The notes below the pieces were generated by a model that was given only the letters and a program-made list of their open reading frames with translations, was not told where the DNA came from and did not search any database. A stretch of DNA of 63,559 bases, counting the filler, from Sphacelaria rigidula (taxonomy: Eukaryota): NCBI GenBank assembly GCA_964200075.2. It is 11 parts of 11 records of this genome, joined end to end, with 100 filler letters (N's around TTAATTAATTAA, not from the genome) between each part and the next. Parts side by side here need not be neighbours in the genome. Positions count along the whole stretch, not along the records: positions 57,873 to 63,559 come from CAXNAA020025249.1; 10 more parts are not named here. One strand, 5' to 3'. How positions within the stretch are numbered: position 1 is the stretch's first letter; every line of letters starts with the position of its first letter. Both the position numbers and the translations under genes were made by a program. Below, in pieces: positions 61,501-63,559 of this stretch.

Positions 61501-62720
61501 GACGACGGAGCAAGAGAGGGCGACATGGTGCGCCTTCTCTTGTCTGTCGGTGACTGTACCATGAATGGTGGTAGTTGCGACTGCTTCCACTTTATTTTGT
61601 CCCCCTGTTATAATTTTGAACGGTCGTTCGAGGGCCGTGAACGAACTCGCCCGTGCTAAAACACCCGACTCGAGATTGATGTCCAAGTAATGACCGGTCG
61701 CGCCACTGTCCAACAGCCAGGTTACGGAGTTGGTGTCGTTGGCTGTCCGAGCCGTTGGTGCCGCCGCAATGAAGGCTGCGCCTGTACCCCCACCGAAGGC
61801 ACCGAAGAGTTCAAATATATGTTTTGGGAGTCCGGCATGCTCTGGTGGGGTAGACGCGCCGAAGGAAAACACAGGAGGAGCCGACTCCGTCATCACAGGT
61901 TGCTGGGGTCCTCCGACTGTTCCGGACGAATTGCTGTTTGCAGTCGTCGCCGCGGCAGGCGGCAGGATGAACGACCGGGACATGCTCACATTGGCGATGT
62001 TGGCGTTTCCATTCGTTGCTGCTTTCTCTTGTTGTGCCTTGCACTCAGCATCGTTGTGTGTTGTTGTTCTGTGATACGAGCACCATTTTGATGCTTCGTT
62101 ACTTCCCTTTTTCTTGTCTGCTTTTCGACGTCTCTGTGTTGGGTTACTCTGCCGTGTCCGACTTCACCTGTTGTTCGGGCGTTCACGTTGACAGTGCTCA
62201 AACCCCTTGCAAAGGTGACACTGGATACGAAATGTCGTAGCCTGCATGGCCGATCCAGGTCCGGCCACGGTTGGTCTAGTTGACGAACCAAAATTCCGAC
62301 CATTGTACGAGTTGCACATTGCGGTGTGAATGTTGTCGAGACCGAAGTCGCGCTCGGTGTAGCATTTCGTGCGCACGAAGTCATACTCGAGGGTTACCGC
62401 CTTGAGGATAATGTCCTCGTAGCGATCGTCATGCATTTTATCCCCGAGGCTCTCCATACGCGGATGAATTTTGTCCATGTCTTGGAAGAAATTTTCGGGG
62501 TCCTCGCCCGGTTGCATCGTGCGGCTAACCAGCTGAGCGTGAATTGCCCGCCTAGCCGCTTTGGTGTTGCCGTCGAACTTCTCGACCAGGGCCTTCCACG
62601 CACCATGCCCATCACCGACCCGCAGACCGTCGAGGTCTTCATCCTCTGTGTACAAGAACCGCCGGATGGTCGCAGCAGTGAAGGTGCTCTTATTGTTCGT
62701 AAATGTAGGTTGAATACGGC
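58520..62720 (-). mobile_element. Decayed Ty1/Copia LTR retrotransposon lacking the integrase core
   Basis: Domain order is gag (GHGAWKALVEKF; knuckle CHLCKGFEH), protease WLLDSGATGHY (~61700), pre-integrase HRRLGH..CDVC (~61060-60960), RT (KGRLVVQG, KSLYGLRQSPRNW, YVDDVL) and RNase H (FSDAN*G, STIEAE). A PPT GGGGAGGGG is followed by TG at 58723 (3' LTR start). There are many stops and frameshifts; the 5' LTR is not seen and the LTR end is approximate. Confidence 0.93.
61171..61379. mobile_element. MITE with TGT...ACA termini, ~45-bp TIRs, 5-bp TSD and an internal telomere-like array, nested in the Copia element
   Basis: TGTAATGCGTG...CACGCATTACA with flanks GACTG / GATTG. Removing it restores the Copia frame (LPLEQ|SINDQDLY). 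Confidence 0.88.
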
Positions 62721-62773
62721 CACTATGCGGTCGGAACTGGTGGCGGTGTAACTGATCATGCAGAGAAAAAATA

Positions 62774-63180
62774 AACTACGCAACGCTGTACGCTTCGAGG
62801 CTTATCAATGCTTGACGCGCAATTGCGAATTCCCAGACTGTACCGCCTTCCTGCGCGCACACGTTTAAACTGTAGCTTGTACAGACTGCAGCTGATGCAG
62901 GTTTCGTCCGCAGGGATGATGAACTACGCAAGGCTGTACGCTTCGAGGTTTACCTATTCTCGACCCGTAAGTGCGCATTTTCTGACTGTGCCGCCTTCCT
63001 GCCCTCACAGGTTTTCACTGTACCTCGTACAGACCACAGCTGGTGCAGGTTTTGTCCGCAGAGATTATGAACTACGCAAGGCTGTACGCTTCGAGGCTTA
63101 CCGATACTCGATGCGTAAATGTTAATTCCTTGACCGTGACGCCTTCCTGCGCGCACAGGTATAAACTGTAGCTCGTACAG
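62774..63180. repeat. 148-bp tandem repeat, about 2.75 units
   Basis: AACTACGCAASGCTGTACGCTTCGAGG starts at 62774, 62922 and 63070. Confidence 0.92.
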
Positions 63181-63559
63181 CGTGCCGCCTTGACTCCAGA
63201 TGCGTAGAGTACAATCCGCGGTTGCCCCAACTCACTTGTAGTGTCTGTGTTGTCCCAGGTATTCAGCTCCTCTGTAGAACTCTTCAGAACTCTGTAGAAC
63301 TGGTCGATGGCATCTCCCCGGCAAGCTCTTCTTTAGAAGCTCTCGGCATTTGCGTCTCACAGACAATCGAGGCTCACAACCTATTGAGGAATACGGTAGT
63401 CGTGGAGACCGTTGTACTCCTCTTGGCAGGTGACTGCAGAGGTTGGCGCATGCAGCTTCATGCTGACCTCGTCTCAGGAATGAGCACCGCAGGTGACTGA
63501 ACACGAACGAATATATATTACTACTTGTCCATGAATCATCCTACGATTGGGGGGGGGGG

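Overview
This window is not one locus. It is 11 unlinked contigs of 5687-5688 bp, joined by an artificial 100-nt spacer (N44-TTAATTAATTAA-N44), so nothing can be inferred from neighbourhood across spacers. The DNA is eukaryotic, intron-rich and repeat-rich, and most resembles a brown alga (Phaeophyceae); that assignment is an inference from gene style and repeat types. By hand-splicing I recover fragments of three recognisable genes: a CAMK/CDPK-type kinase (3 exons), a nuclear Ycf45/SpoIIIAA-like P-loop ATPase (6 exons) and TRAPPC10/Trs130 (6 exons). Two of these genes need a GC-AG intron. There is also a GYF-like exon and a 2.2-kb low-complexity exon. Mobile DNA includes a decayed Ty1/Copia element, an RTE-like LINE, a tRNA-derived SINE and several MITE families. 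The most striking signal is a non-LTR retrotransposon system whose 3' tail is poly(C) rather than poly(A). A CCHC-knuckle LINE and a non-coding partner element share a ~70-nt 3' end, sit in C/G homopolymer tracts with target-site duplications, and stack into each other's tails. Other signals worth testing are tandem PAM2 (PABP-binding) motifs and a covarying structured leader at the 5' end of the RTE-like LINE, a ~417-nt fold-back (pre-miRNA candidate), and a TGT..ACA MITE carrying telomere-like repeats.
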